A stretch of DNA of 64,000 nt from Trichoplax sp. H2. Taxonomy: Eukaryota. Numbering within the stretch: the stretch's first letter is position 1; each line of letters opens with the position of its first letter. Both the position numbers and the translations under genes were made by a program. Where the stretch lies: NCBI GenBank assembly GCA_003344405.1, contig NOWV01000142.1, positions 62,001 through 126,000 of the forward strand, in the 5' to 3' direction. Below the pieces are notes generated by a model. The model did no database searches, had not been told where the DNA came from, and was given only the letters and a program-made list of their open reading frames with translations. Below, in pieces: positions 24,089 through 35,700 of the stretch.

Positions 24089-26278
24089 ATGAATGGCGAA
24101 GAAACTCAAGAAGTAGCCGAAGACGGCACTCGACTTTTTATTGGCGGCCTAAGCTCTGAAGTGGATAATACTAAACTTCGTGAAGCTTTTCAGCAATATG
24201 GACGCTTAAGAGAAGGTACAAAGTCGACCAATGTATTCAGTGACGCGCTTTATCTTGCTGAAACCAATTTTTTTTTTTCCCCTTTGCATCATCAAGTGTA
24301 GTACTGTAGTGTTGAACAACGTTGGAAATAATCCAACGTACAACGTGTAAAGCCATTTGCTTCTCTATCAACACTTAGTTTGATGCTGCTATGCTAACAC
24401 CCAGTATCTCGTGATTTTAAAAATGAAGACCCTTTTTACTGACAACGGTTGTTCATCTTCTTCCCATTCTGCGATAAAAAAAAAACTTTTTACTACGGTA
24501 CAAGCAGCCATATCAAAAATCCCTTCCCGTGAGTACGTTTTTTCTGCTCCATTTTTTTGTATCAAGTTGATCCAGGAAGCGTAATTATAAGTTAAACAAG
24601 TCATCATGCTACTGTGCTCCAAATGGATCTGCAGATTCTCGTCTTCAAAGTTGTTCCGTATACTGTAGGTCAACCCGATACAGTAATCCATGATTAAAAT
24701 GAAGAACGAATCACTAGCGTCCTAATAAATACATGACGTCAGTGTTATAGGAAGATGGAAGAAATACTGTAGATTTTTCCTTTTACCTCTATCAGCATTA
24801 TAAAAATAAAATCGTCACAATAGCGTCCATGTTTGGTAGTGCGCGTACATGAGTCTTAAAAATTGAAAAGTACAGCTGTACCTATGCAAAGCCTGTAAAA
24901 TAGAATTTTATAAAATAGCAAAGCAATATGACATAGGCTCGTAGTGAAATTCAATCTGTGTAATGACTAACAGTTTTGCTCATTTTTTGAATTGTATAGC
25001 GTTCGTAACTGTTGATAGGATGTCGGGTAGATCTCGTGGATTTGGATTTGTGTCGTTTTACGATCCGGAAGATGCACAAGATGCCATTGACCAGATGACT
25101 GGCAAGGTAAGCAGTAAACATAATAGACCAGGCAGTTGCTACAGAACATCCTAAGTCCCAATGGACGCTATGTTACTCAACGCGCAACGATTAACCATAC
25201 TAACAGTAAATTAATTGACGGTCATTTCATTTGTTAATTCTTTTTTTTAATCTAGTAATTTAATACCAGCATCGATTAATAGGGATAGTTTTTAGCGAGC
25301 ACAATCCCTCCCGTAGTAGTCAGCATTCCATCAACTGTAGAAAACAAAAAATTGAATGCCCGCACAGTATTTTGCTCCACTGCAGTAACTGTTTATACAG
25401 TAAAGAGTAAAAAGTATTCATGCTAGCGAGTAAAACTGCCTAGAACTGTTCCATCTCTCACTACGCCAAATTGGCTATATTTTAGCGCCATTTTGATTTG
25501 GAAACTTTTTTTTATGTAGGAGCTATGCGGTCGCAGCATTCGGGTTAGTCATGCTGTAAAACAAACTGATCGAGATTCAGGCAACGGCAGAAGAGGTGGC
25601 GGCGGCGGTCGAGGACGAGGTAGAGGTCGTGGTGGTGGCCCCGGAGGTTTCCGTCGTAAGCCATATAGCGATCCTCGTGGAGGACGTGATATGGATCGTG
25701 GTGGGCCTAGAGCAGGCGGTCCGCCACAAGATTATAATAATAACTACTACAATAAATATGGTGGAGATAGTGATCGCCAACCGTATTCGAGAGAAAATCG
25801 CGATAGTGGTAGTAGTTATCGACCAGAAGCAGCCAGTTATCAACCAGATTACCGAAGTGCTCCTAGCAGCGGCTATGGCACTAGTGCACCCTATAATAAG
25901 GAAGAACGATACGGTGGCAGCCAACCCCAAAGTCGTGGCGGATATGGCCAGAGACGTGGTAGTGGTGGACACCGTGGTGGTTATAGAAGTAATGTCCCTT
26001 CCAACTCCTATAGCGTAGATGATCGCAGTTCGCAATCTCATGCAGCGGGAATGTATCCTTCACGCGCAAGTGAAGGATATGCCCGCCGTGGCCAACCTTC
26101 AACTCCAGCAACTAGTGGTAGTGGTAGTATGGGTGGTGGTGCTGCTGCAGCCGCTGCTGGTGTTGGCGGCGGCTATCGAGGTAGCTGGAAAGATAGCAAC
26201 GCCAATCGTGGCGATCGTTTCGGAAGAGACAACCCAGCGAGGCAATCTTATCCTGCCCGGCCGGAATACCAATATTGA
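24089..26278 (+). CDS. Glycine-rich RNA-binding protein with N-terminal RRM and RGG/Tyr-rich low-complexity tail (CIRBP/RBM3/RBMX family)
   Basis: Coding exons 24089-24215, 25000-25106 and 25520-26278 splice in frame. RNP2 is LFIGGL and RNP1 is RGFGFVSF. The RRM ends MTGK|ELCGRSIRVSHAVK and is followed by GRRGGGGGRGRGRGRGGG, RGG repeats and a Y/S/G-rich tail ending in TGA. The exact ortholog is not resolvable by eye. Confidence 0.9.
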
Positions 26279-27521
26279 GGTTTGATCATACTGTAATATA
26301 GAAGTGACTGTATCTGCTATTCTAAATCATAGCGTATATATATATATACATCTACATTTTAATTCAATTTGCGGTATTGTAGGCTTTAATTATCATTATG
26401 TAATCCACTACTGGGTAAGATCACTTTTAGTAATAGAACATATCAAAGTTACATTTGCACTTTCCGTAATAATTTTTGGATTTGGTGTATCTTATATCGC
26501 TGATACCTTGTTAATTGACTATTTGCTAGAATAGTAGTAAGACCACTTTAGTCCTTGGAAGATAGTCTTGCCAGTATATTATTGTGCCTGCATTCACCGT
26601 TTCCCTCGCCACTTGCAATAATGAGGATATTTCTGTAAGGGTTGCATCTTTCTTTGGTGTATTAACATCTCAATGATACAATTTCACTCTCTAACTATTG
26701 GTTTACTACAATCATGAAAGAAGCGCAATGCGACTGTTTACCATTTCTTGCAGTAATTGCCAGCCACTTTTTCACCCCTTATTCAGTTCATCGTATTATA
26801 GGCTGGAATATTGATATCACTGCAGTAGTTCATAATGAACTAATACGAAAAAATTTTAGGAAAAGGCGAATGCATGAAAGCAAATGTTCTACCATTATGA
26901 AACTTTAACAATTTATATCAATCAATCGCCTATGCTCAGATCTTAAACCCTTGCATGCATTTACCTACAGCTTGTTATTGAAATTGCCGATGATCTTGCA
27001 ACAGTGTCTGCAAAAGAATGAGTTCTCTATTTCATTGAGTGCATTATATTATCCTCCACATATGATAAACGCTACACTCTTTAAGCGGAAGCCAATGTTA
27101 ACAGATGATTGCTTTATTGAAATGTTGGTAATATAACTACTTTGAGGTGTCAATCTCGTTTATTCACTCAAGTTTCAATATTGTTCATGACCGCCTGCTT
27201 AGATTGCGTATCAATTGTATGTATATGCATTGCCCATGGAATTAGAGTAGTTCTTCATCGTTGATGTTACGCTAACAGCAATCTGCAGTTTAAGATCAGA
27301 ACTATTACACATCTTAATGCATGTACAACATTGCATACACGATGATCACTAAAACCTATGACGACTTATCCAAAAGTACCTACTACCGATATGGAAATAA
27401 CTTTTTTAAGATACCATAATAAAAGAGTTTTGTATCATCTGCCCCAAACTCTTTTGCCTCAGCAGCCCGTATGAGTAGCAGTGATGTGGCCAAATAACCG
27501 ACCGCATTATACCTTTACAAA

Positions 27522-27631
27522 TTAACTGAATTTGATCTTAAAGTAGACAGAGTCGATGCGTTAGTTTATGATGAGTTTAACTGAATTTGATTTTAAAGTA
27601 GACAGAATCGATATATTAGTTTATAATGAGT
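27522..27631. repeat. 55-bp tandem duplication
   Basis: TTAACTGAATTTGATYTTAAAGTAGACAGA...TTAGTTTAT.ATGAGT occurs at 27522 and 27577. Confidence 0.85.
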
Positions 27632-29741
27632 TATAAATATGGATTTACCGAGTTTACCTACTACTTCCTATCAGTCGACAGAAATGTGCACAACTTACGA
27701 GAGTTAACACCCAAACCGATAAAACGCTCTATGAACTACTTGTATACCTGTAAAGATTGCAATACTGTCTACATTGTAACTTTCTGAAAGCAATTTTTTG
27801 TCCTGTTAGCTTTTACCACGACTGACACGTTTTGTACGTGATTAGCAAGAAGAAACTTTGGTCGTACCATAAACTTTCGTTAATCCTGACAATCCTAACC
27901 TGTCTCGGATGATATTATTTCGAAAGTATCCCATTAACTTAAACTAGCGAGAAATTGTTTCATTATTGTAATTAGTTACCATAATTCTCCAGTAGATAAT
28001 TTTGTATTTGCTTCCTGCTGATGTGTCACAATTTTATGTGGCAACTTTTCATGTACAAGTACCTCTAAATAGGCTTTAGCGTTACATCTCTTTGATGTAA
28101 GTTATGTACACTACTATGAATCTTATGCATATTACAAACTTTTCCGTTCTTGCCTATTGGATGAGCTATATATAATACGTTGATTTTCGAAGAAGAAGAA
28201 GCTTGAGATTGACAGTGTCTGAGCTTGAAGACTAACGACTTTCAAAATGCAGAGTTTTCTGAATTTTCGAAACGTTGAATATTTAACAACTAAATTTTTA
28301 AGCTTATGACGAATAAATTGCAGATTGACTGTCTTTGTCTTGCAATACTGCTATATCAAATCCATATGCCATTCTTGTGAGCTTTATAATAACACCATTT
28401 CAAGTAAACTGACGAGAAAAGGTCAAGAGCGTATCGATATATTGATACTTAGCGTGATTCTTGTGTGATGTTTCTAAAAACTCTTAATTTTCGTAATTGT
28501 AATTTCAATCGACGGCATCAATTTAGTTGATAACTTGAGAATGTATACCGATTTGTTATGGATATAGTAGTAGTAATAATGACAATGTGATCTAATCTCT
28601 ATAAATTGCTGCACTATTTGCTATGTATGTCGTGCGCCATCATGCTCAAGTTAAACGAATTCTTCGAAGATCTATGCATATTTGTTGTAGCTGTGATACT
28701 ATGCTGATACCTTACGCCTACATTGTACAGATTGTCATCAGTAATTTAACTTAGTCTAAGAGAGCAGATCCGGTTCCGTGTTAGCAATTTCTAGAGTTCA
28801 TCTGATAGTGAAACGGTGCTGCCGACAAAAATAAATGAATGTCTCACTTAATCTCATAGAATGACTGGCATCAATCTGAAATGCAATTGAAACGTATGAT
28901 AGGGACCTGTACATGCGGTGTGAAGCAGATCTTGCTGATATATACATATATCTTATCTCATGAAGACCTCTTAATTAATTATCAATAGATAAATTCACGT
29001 GTAATTACAGCTTTTAAACGGTAGCAGCTTCGCACGGTACAGTCGTAAAATCACTTTTATTTGAGGAGAGGATACTAGTATGCACAATGCAGCCTCGTAC
29101 AAGTTTTGCGTTGAATATATATTATAATAATGCAAGGAAGCCAATCCGACTTTGAAAATCAACTAGTTAGAAGTGATAGTGATGCGAGCACACCCAGTAA
29201 AATTATTTATCAGATGCTAGCATCCGGACGTGAGTTAATCAAACTTTGATCAATGCTATTAATAAGCACTCCAGAACATATCGAATTGATATGATAATTG
29301 AACAGAAAATTAATACCTTGTGTTGTAAAACTTTTTCGAGTGTGCGATTACTAAGGACTTTCAACAAGCTTTAATAGATAGCGATGACGTATTGGTTAAA
29401 TTAAGGACTGCTTTGTCTGCTTTCATTATAAACGTCTAGTAGAACTGTGTAATACAGTAAATCACATCGTCGCTGTAGGTATTCAAGTTAAATAAACTGA
29501 TTATATTATAAAATTGAATCTTTGTCGGACTTCTTTGTGTAGCACAAGTTGAATATTTTAGATAATATGCCGGTAGACTATACCGAATAACCTTTACTCA
29601 TGTATAGCATGATTTTAAGGTGTTGAAAGATAACTTTCTTGCAGTGTTTTATGGCCAGATAAATGATAATGAAGCGATACTTTAGAATAAATACTACGAT
29701 CACATCGTAGGTAAGTTAGTAGCTGTTCACACAACTAAACT

Positions 29742-29798
29742 TAGTACCATTTTGAGTCTTAATTGAGTATTTCCAAATAAAGACTCAAAATGGTACTA
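29742..29798. repeat. Perfect 19-bp inverted repeat with 19-nt spacer
   Basis: TAGTACCATTTTGAGTCTT (29742-29760) pairs with AAGACTCAAAATGGTACTA (29780-29798). Confidence 0.9.
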
Positions 29799-30090
29799 TC
29801 TTGATGGAATATAACCAAGGAAGACCTTGAACGGTTCACAAGTAACCTTATACCGTATATGAGTGCATAAATGCAATAATTCCCATGCAGCCTAATATTT
29901 ATATTTCAATATAAGGTGGCAACTTTATTGTTTAAAGAATGCTAAACTTTAAAATAAGCATATGATAACTGGCAGCGTTTATTCTAGTAAAGCACAGTTA
30001 TTCTACGTTAAATCCAATCATATTCGATCGATCATAATTATTATTAGAGTCTTATTCGCTAATCTTAGCGCAAAATAAGTACCCTACAGA

Positions 30091-31886
30091 TCACTGTTTT
30101 TTAAATCGAGATCTTAAGTGTTCTTGTAGCGGATACTGTTCCGTTTCCATCAGCATGATATACTCTAAATCTCCATCCTCCAAGAGTTTATAAATCTTTT
30201 GAACCTATACAAATAGATAAGAATCACACATAAATTTTCAAACCAAGTCGTTATCAAACTTGTAATCCATAAATGCTATAAAATTTTGTAGCTCAAACTG
30301 CGTTGAAAGGTTTGCCCATTTTATTATCAGACGAATAAACGTGAATCATAGCTAAAACATCGCGACTCTAAGCTGAACGAATGAACAACGCTATGGGGCG
30401 CACCTTTGTTACTTTAGGAGGTTTCGAATCCGATTTTCTTGTAATATCTGTAGTCGTCACGGTAATTTGATTGTTCGTCATTTCACCTTCCATAATATCG
30501 CAGACACCTGAAAAAGGATGTAAATAGATATACGAGTACATGAAATTATACAGTATGCTACGCTTGCAACAGTATTTTCTAAAATATTAGCTGCAATGTT
30601 CCTACTGTACACGTATTTTTTTTAAGAACTTTGTTTGACGATATTACGTGTACTGCTTGAAGCAATGATGTTCAAAAGTCCTTTCGCAACTACGCTAATG
30701 CTGTGTTAAGGTATGGACTACTAAAGGGAACATTTGGTTGTCGATTACTAAGGTGATTTACCGCTTTGATGCATTATGGTCTTATACCGTACGAGCTCAC
30801 ATAAATTCAGTTATCAAGTGTTATACTTGTATTATTGAAAGTGCATCCGTAAAGTACGCTATGTGCATGGAAAGACCTCTGTAGTAATTATTAATTTCGA
30901 TATCAACTATACGCGTACCGGCGTAAGTACTTCTTCGCTAGCTGTAACTCTACTCATTGACTTCTCGTACGGTAGTCCATGCTTTTACCCAAGTACAGTA
31001 ATAAGATAGGTTGTAGTAGCAATGTGTATACATGAACATTTTACACAACTTGTACTTAGGTACTCGAATGTACTGTATCGGTAGCCGAAGCAGGCATTAC
31101 ATTATCCATTCTGAGCAATATTGTACAATCCTATCACAAGTCATATTAATCTAAGTAGGATTGCAAGTAATAGAAGAAAAGAGCGTATTAAATTACTAGA
31201 GTTAAGTCACAAGATTCTGTAAGGACAGCGAAATGATAGTACAATGCAGGTATTGACTAACCCAGGTTATGAGCAATAGCAGCTTTGACGTGATTGCGAT
31301 CAAAGAACCAAAAGCCACTCTCAAAATGCATCGGTGTGTTATTCGTCAGATGCCAACTGCTTGATTGAAACTGTAGATTGGGCTGGCCAACATGGGAAAA
31401 TTTAATTTCCTCCTTATAGGAAAATGATTTAATGTTAGGATAGATGCCATCTCCTTGGCCACTCCAGGTGCCTAACAGCCAAGAGACATCCTGTAATGAT
31501 TCGTGCAAGTGACATTTATCTACCAAAAGAGCAGACGAGTATTTTCAGTTCCTCCACAAATTAAAAGTTTATACACCATTATGGAATTAAATATTCTACA
31601 AGTAAGTAGTGCCATTACACATTAAAACAGAATAATATAATGTGTTAAGTCAGGCGCTTCCTTTCTAGTTTGACTTATTATCCAGATAGAGCATTAATGG
31701 GTAAAGTCTTGTACTAGTGGAAGATTCAAGCTCTACATTGCTGTAGAAAGATGGTGCAGCTGAACTGATTGAGCTGCAAGATCGTGCATGCAGTTTACTA
31801 TGGATTACATAGTATTACAAATTCATCCTGTCTCAATGTTGCAGCCATAGCTAACTTATCTATCTTACAATCACCTTACCTGCCAT
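30091..31886 (-). CDS. THAP4: Nitrobindin (THAP4-like heme-binding beta-barrel, FABP-like/DUF1794), no THAP zinc finger
   Basis: Exons 31880-31886 (ATG GCA G), 31262-31519, 30404-30507 and 30091-30204. Motifs are SWLLGTWSGQGDGIYPNI, YKEEIKFSHVGQP, PMHFESGF and C-terminal PLQEHLRSRFKKQ* with the heme-ligand His. Confidence 0.88.
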
Positions 31887-32410
31887 GTTAGACTGCGAAG
31901 AAAATAATAAAGCCTGCAAGAATTTTCGACTAAATCTTCCACCAGTGATAGCTGTTGACAGAGCATGAAAGCGCATCTTCCACAAGATACTGACTACAGT
32001 ACTGTATAGTGTTTACAAATATCAAAGTCCTGATCGATAATTATGGACTGTCCCATACACCATCATCAATAGCGATCTTTCCAATACTAGATGCTATACA
32101 GCGGAGTCTTCATCCAAACCATCCACAGATACTGACTGAGTACGCGCATATTGTCCAAATCACGGAAGCATGGACACCGGACCCTGGTGTACAGTACATT
32201 GTATTGTAAACTGTACACTGTACAGCAGGGTACTTCGATTGAGAAGAAGACCTTCCGTCCGTCCTTTTCTGCCATTCAGCTGGTATAAAGTCTTGACTCA
32301 CTTTCTACTTTTCACGGCAAGCTTTATAGTAAGCCATATAGCAGTAGGTGATATTTGGGTGGCTTTCCCTACGAAAGCATCGTACCCCTGTGTAGTTTCC
32401 TGGCGCTACG

Positions 32411-32482
32411 GTACCATAGTAAACAAGTAGTTTACTACAGCCTACAATTAGTGGCTAGAATGTTAACGGTAACCATAGTGAT
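32411..32482 (+). promoter_or_regulatory. Imperfect X-box-like motifs and a forkhead core upstream of IFT80
   Basis: GTACCATAGTAAAC at 32411-32424 overlaps GTAAACA at 32419-32425. GTAACCATAGTGAT is at 32469-32482. They lie 250-320 nt upstream of the IFT80 ATG. Confidence 0.4.
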
Positions 32483-32612
32483 ATTGCAGTTACATTGATG
32501 AGCCCATACAAGGTTTTAATATCAAGATGCTGCCCTAGACTACATATCATTATCGAAAACTGTTACAAGTTCAATTCCTCGTATTCTACTGCATTCTGTA
32601 GAGGAAAATACT

Positions 32613-32678
32613 TTATAAAAGTGACTTTTACCGATTCTCAAGCGCTTATAAAAGTGACTTTTGCCAGTTCTCAAGCGC
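32613..32678. repeat. 33-bp tandem duplication just upstream of the IFT80 ATG
   Basis: TTATAAAAGTGACTTTT.CC..TTCTCAAGCGC occurs at 32613 and 32646. Confidence 0.85.
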
Positions 32679-32725
32679 AATTCTCGACTATTAAAGATTA
32701 CTTTTTAACGAATTTCATCGCGAAA

Positions 32726-35700
32726 ATGAGGTTCAAGATCTCCCATTTAAATGAACAACATCATATCCTTTTCTATCAAAAGCTAACTACGTGATGGATA
32801 GTAATAGCAATGGGTTTAACAATAATATTGTTATATTATACTCGTTATAGTACTGCAGTTTCTGTATCATAATAAAATTAGCTTAAAAAAAATAGTTTGT
32901 ACAAAAAATTTTCTAACATTTCTCATGAAAAGAGTGACAGGTAGGGCAGTATGTGCAATAAGATGCTACTGCCGCGAACACGAATAATAAAAAATGATTA
33001 AATTAAAATGAAATCACAATTGACTTAACCATTTTTACATCAAGATTTAGTCAGTTGCTTAGGATGGATTACAGCAGATGAGCTATACTCGTGCGGGTAA
33101 GTAAAGATAAAAGTTTAGATAAAATTGAATTTATCGACTGCACAATAGGTAGCAATATTGAAATTTCAAAAAATTCATAATTGTAATCCTTATATGCGAT
33201 ATGCAATTTACGCGCACGTACAATGATATAATTATACTGTCAGTACTGAAAGTAGAGTTAGTAATCTTTGTTGTTCATACTATCCACGTAGATAAGTGCC
33301 GTAGGTCTAATAACAAATCAAGCTTGATACTTTCAACTGTAAAAATATATAGGACTCTACAAAATATTACTAACTCCTCATTCAAGTTCACATTTTCTAA
33401 ATTTTAATCTTAATTACGGCTCGGATATAGTGATGATCACCAAATGCTCAAATGGAGCTTACTATCGGAAGACACAAAACAGGTAATTACAGCTACATTC
33501 TGGCGTATAATTATTATTTAATCGACAAGCAACTTAAATAATGTACATTCGAATGTATTTTATGTAGGTCGCTAAGTTGCCCGCTGAAATCTATGCTACT
33601 GATATGCACTGGTTTCCAAAACTAATCAGCGGCAAGAAGCAATCGCAACCTGAAATTTTAGCCTTAGGATCAACTGATGGTACAGATTGTGACGTCGTTA
33701 CAGAAACATTTATTACTAACTTAATCAATTATAGCCTTAAAGAAAGTAATAGCATACAAAAAATCATCTACTAGGTAAACTTCATCTAATATCCAAAAAT
33801 GGCCGAGTTGAAAAATCCGTCGACGCTCATAAAGGTGCTGTCCTAGCCACAAGATGGAGCTATGATGGCAGTGCTCTAGTAACAGGTAAAAAAAAACTAT
33901 TGATTGACACCTTTCGTAACTACTATTTTTGAAAATCACTTTCTAACCAATCATACTTACTTCAGCGGGTGAAGATGGCCACGTTAAAATTTGGTCAAGA
34001 AGCGGAATGCTACGTTCAACTCTGAACCAAGCAGGTAAAACTCAGCCTAGCACATTATTATTTATCTAGCAATGTTAGTGAAAAATTATATCCATAATAC
34101 CCTTCATCATGACTCCCTAGCTTCTCCAGTCTATTCTACCGTTTGGAGTCCGGACTCGGATCAGGTTCTTCATACTTTTGGGAAAGAGTTGATTATTAAA
34201 CCTTTGCAGCCCACATCGAAACCTATCCAGGTGATCATTCGATACCAGATAACGCCGATAAGGCTTGCAACGACTTATCTATGTCTTGTGGTTGATTTTA
34301 CTGGACATTTATCGTAAGTATTCATGCGTTTTTATATTTCGATATAGTGGAAAGCCCACGATGGAGTTATTTTAAAAGCCGACTGGAATCCAATCAACAA
34401 TCTTATCATTTCCGGAGGTGAAGACTGTAAATATAAGGTACATAAAATATAGTGAATACAAGTATTTAGCACTTGTCATGTAAAATTTTATGACATCACC
34501 ATTTGTAATTTTAACTATATTCGTATTATACACCTCTATCTTCTATAAATAATTTAAGGTTTGGGATTCATATGGCCGACTATTATATGCAAGTCAAGCC
34601 CATGAATTCCCAGTTACTTCACTATCATGGTCTCCTGATGGTACGAATAAGCTACAATCGTAATAAATTATGTAAATATAGTAAATTTTTGATCCAATAC
34701 TTCATTATCATTTATCGTCCTTTTCAGGTGAACTGTTTGCAGTCGGATTATTTAACACGTTGCGACTATGTGATAGAAGAGGGGTATGCACTTTTACATT
34801 AGAATACCTATAGCGCTTAGCATTAACTGTTAATATTTTTTCTATAATCTCTTGAACTATTTTACCGGATGCAATATTAATCTTTAATTTCTAATCAGTG
34901 GTCGTACAGTATGGATAAACTTAACACAGGATCGATATTTAGTATCGCTTGGTCGAGCGATGGTACTCAACTTGCTGGCGCATGCGGAAATGGTCAAGTT
35001 ATATTTGCCAATGTAGTAGAACGGTCGGTTTCGTATAAAATTGTCATGAAATAGTCGGTATAATGAAAAGCATCATATAATTAGCCGATATGGACGTATT
35101 ATTAATTCTCTAGACGCCTAGAATGGAAGAATTTTGAAATAACTATCACCGATTCCAAAACTATCAACGTTAATGATGTCAGTAATGATTCAAAAGAAAT
35201 ACTAGGTACGATATTAAAAATACGTGAAAAAGTGCAATATTAACTGCAGAGAAATTTTAATTGACTCTTACAATTCTGAAAGTTAGCTATTTATAGCAAT
35301 ATTCTCACATTTGTTAACAGAGATTCAAAATTTACTATTAAGTACAACACATTTTATTATCATAGATTTTCGAGACAGAATTATTAAGACTAGCCTTTCG
35401 CATGATCATTTACTTGTTACAACCACAACGCAATGCTACATCTATAGGTAAGAATTACGAAATATATTGATATTTTATTAAATATCTCATAGTCTGTGCA
35501 ATCATATCTATATGCAATAGTTTATAATTATATTTAGGTAATTAGTATCTTGATAAAATTCAGATACTAACATAAAATAAACTTACATATTAAATAACAG
35601 CTGTAAGAATTGGAATACGCCCATAATTATCGACTTAAAAGACAGCACAGTTAGCTTGATCCTGCAATCAGAAAAGTAATATTGACGAATAATCATAATC

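Noticed and set aside
25577-26111. Overlapping ORFs 25577-26041(-), 25596-26018(+) and 25881-26111(-)
   Set aside because: These are shadow frames of the GC-rich low-complexity RGG exon. Only the 25520-26278 frame splices to the RRM.
30091-30180. Suspected frameshift before the nitrobindin heme His motif
   Set aside because: Re-reading shows METEQYPLQEHLRSRFKKQ* is in frame, so the gene is intact.
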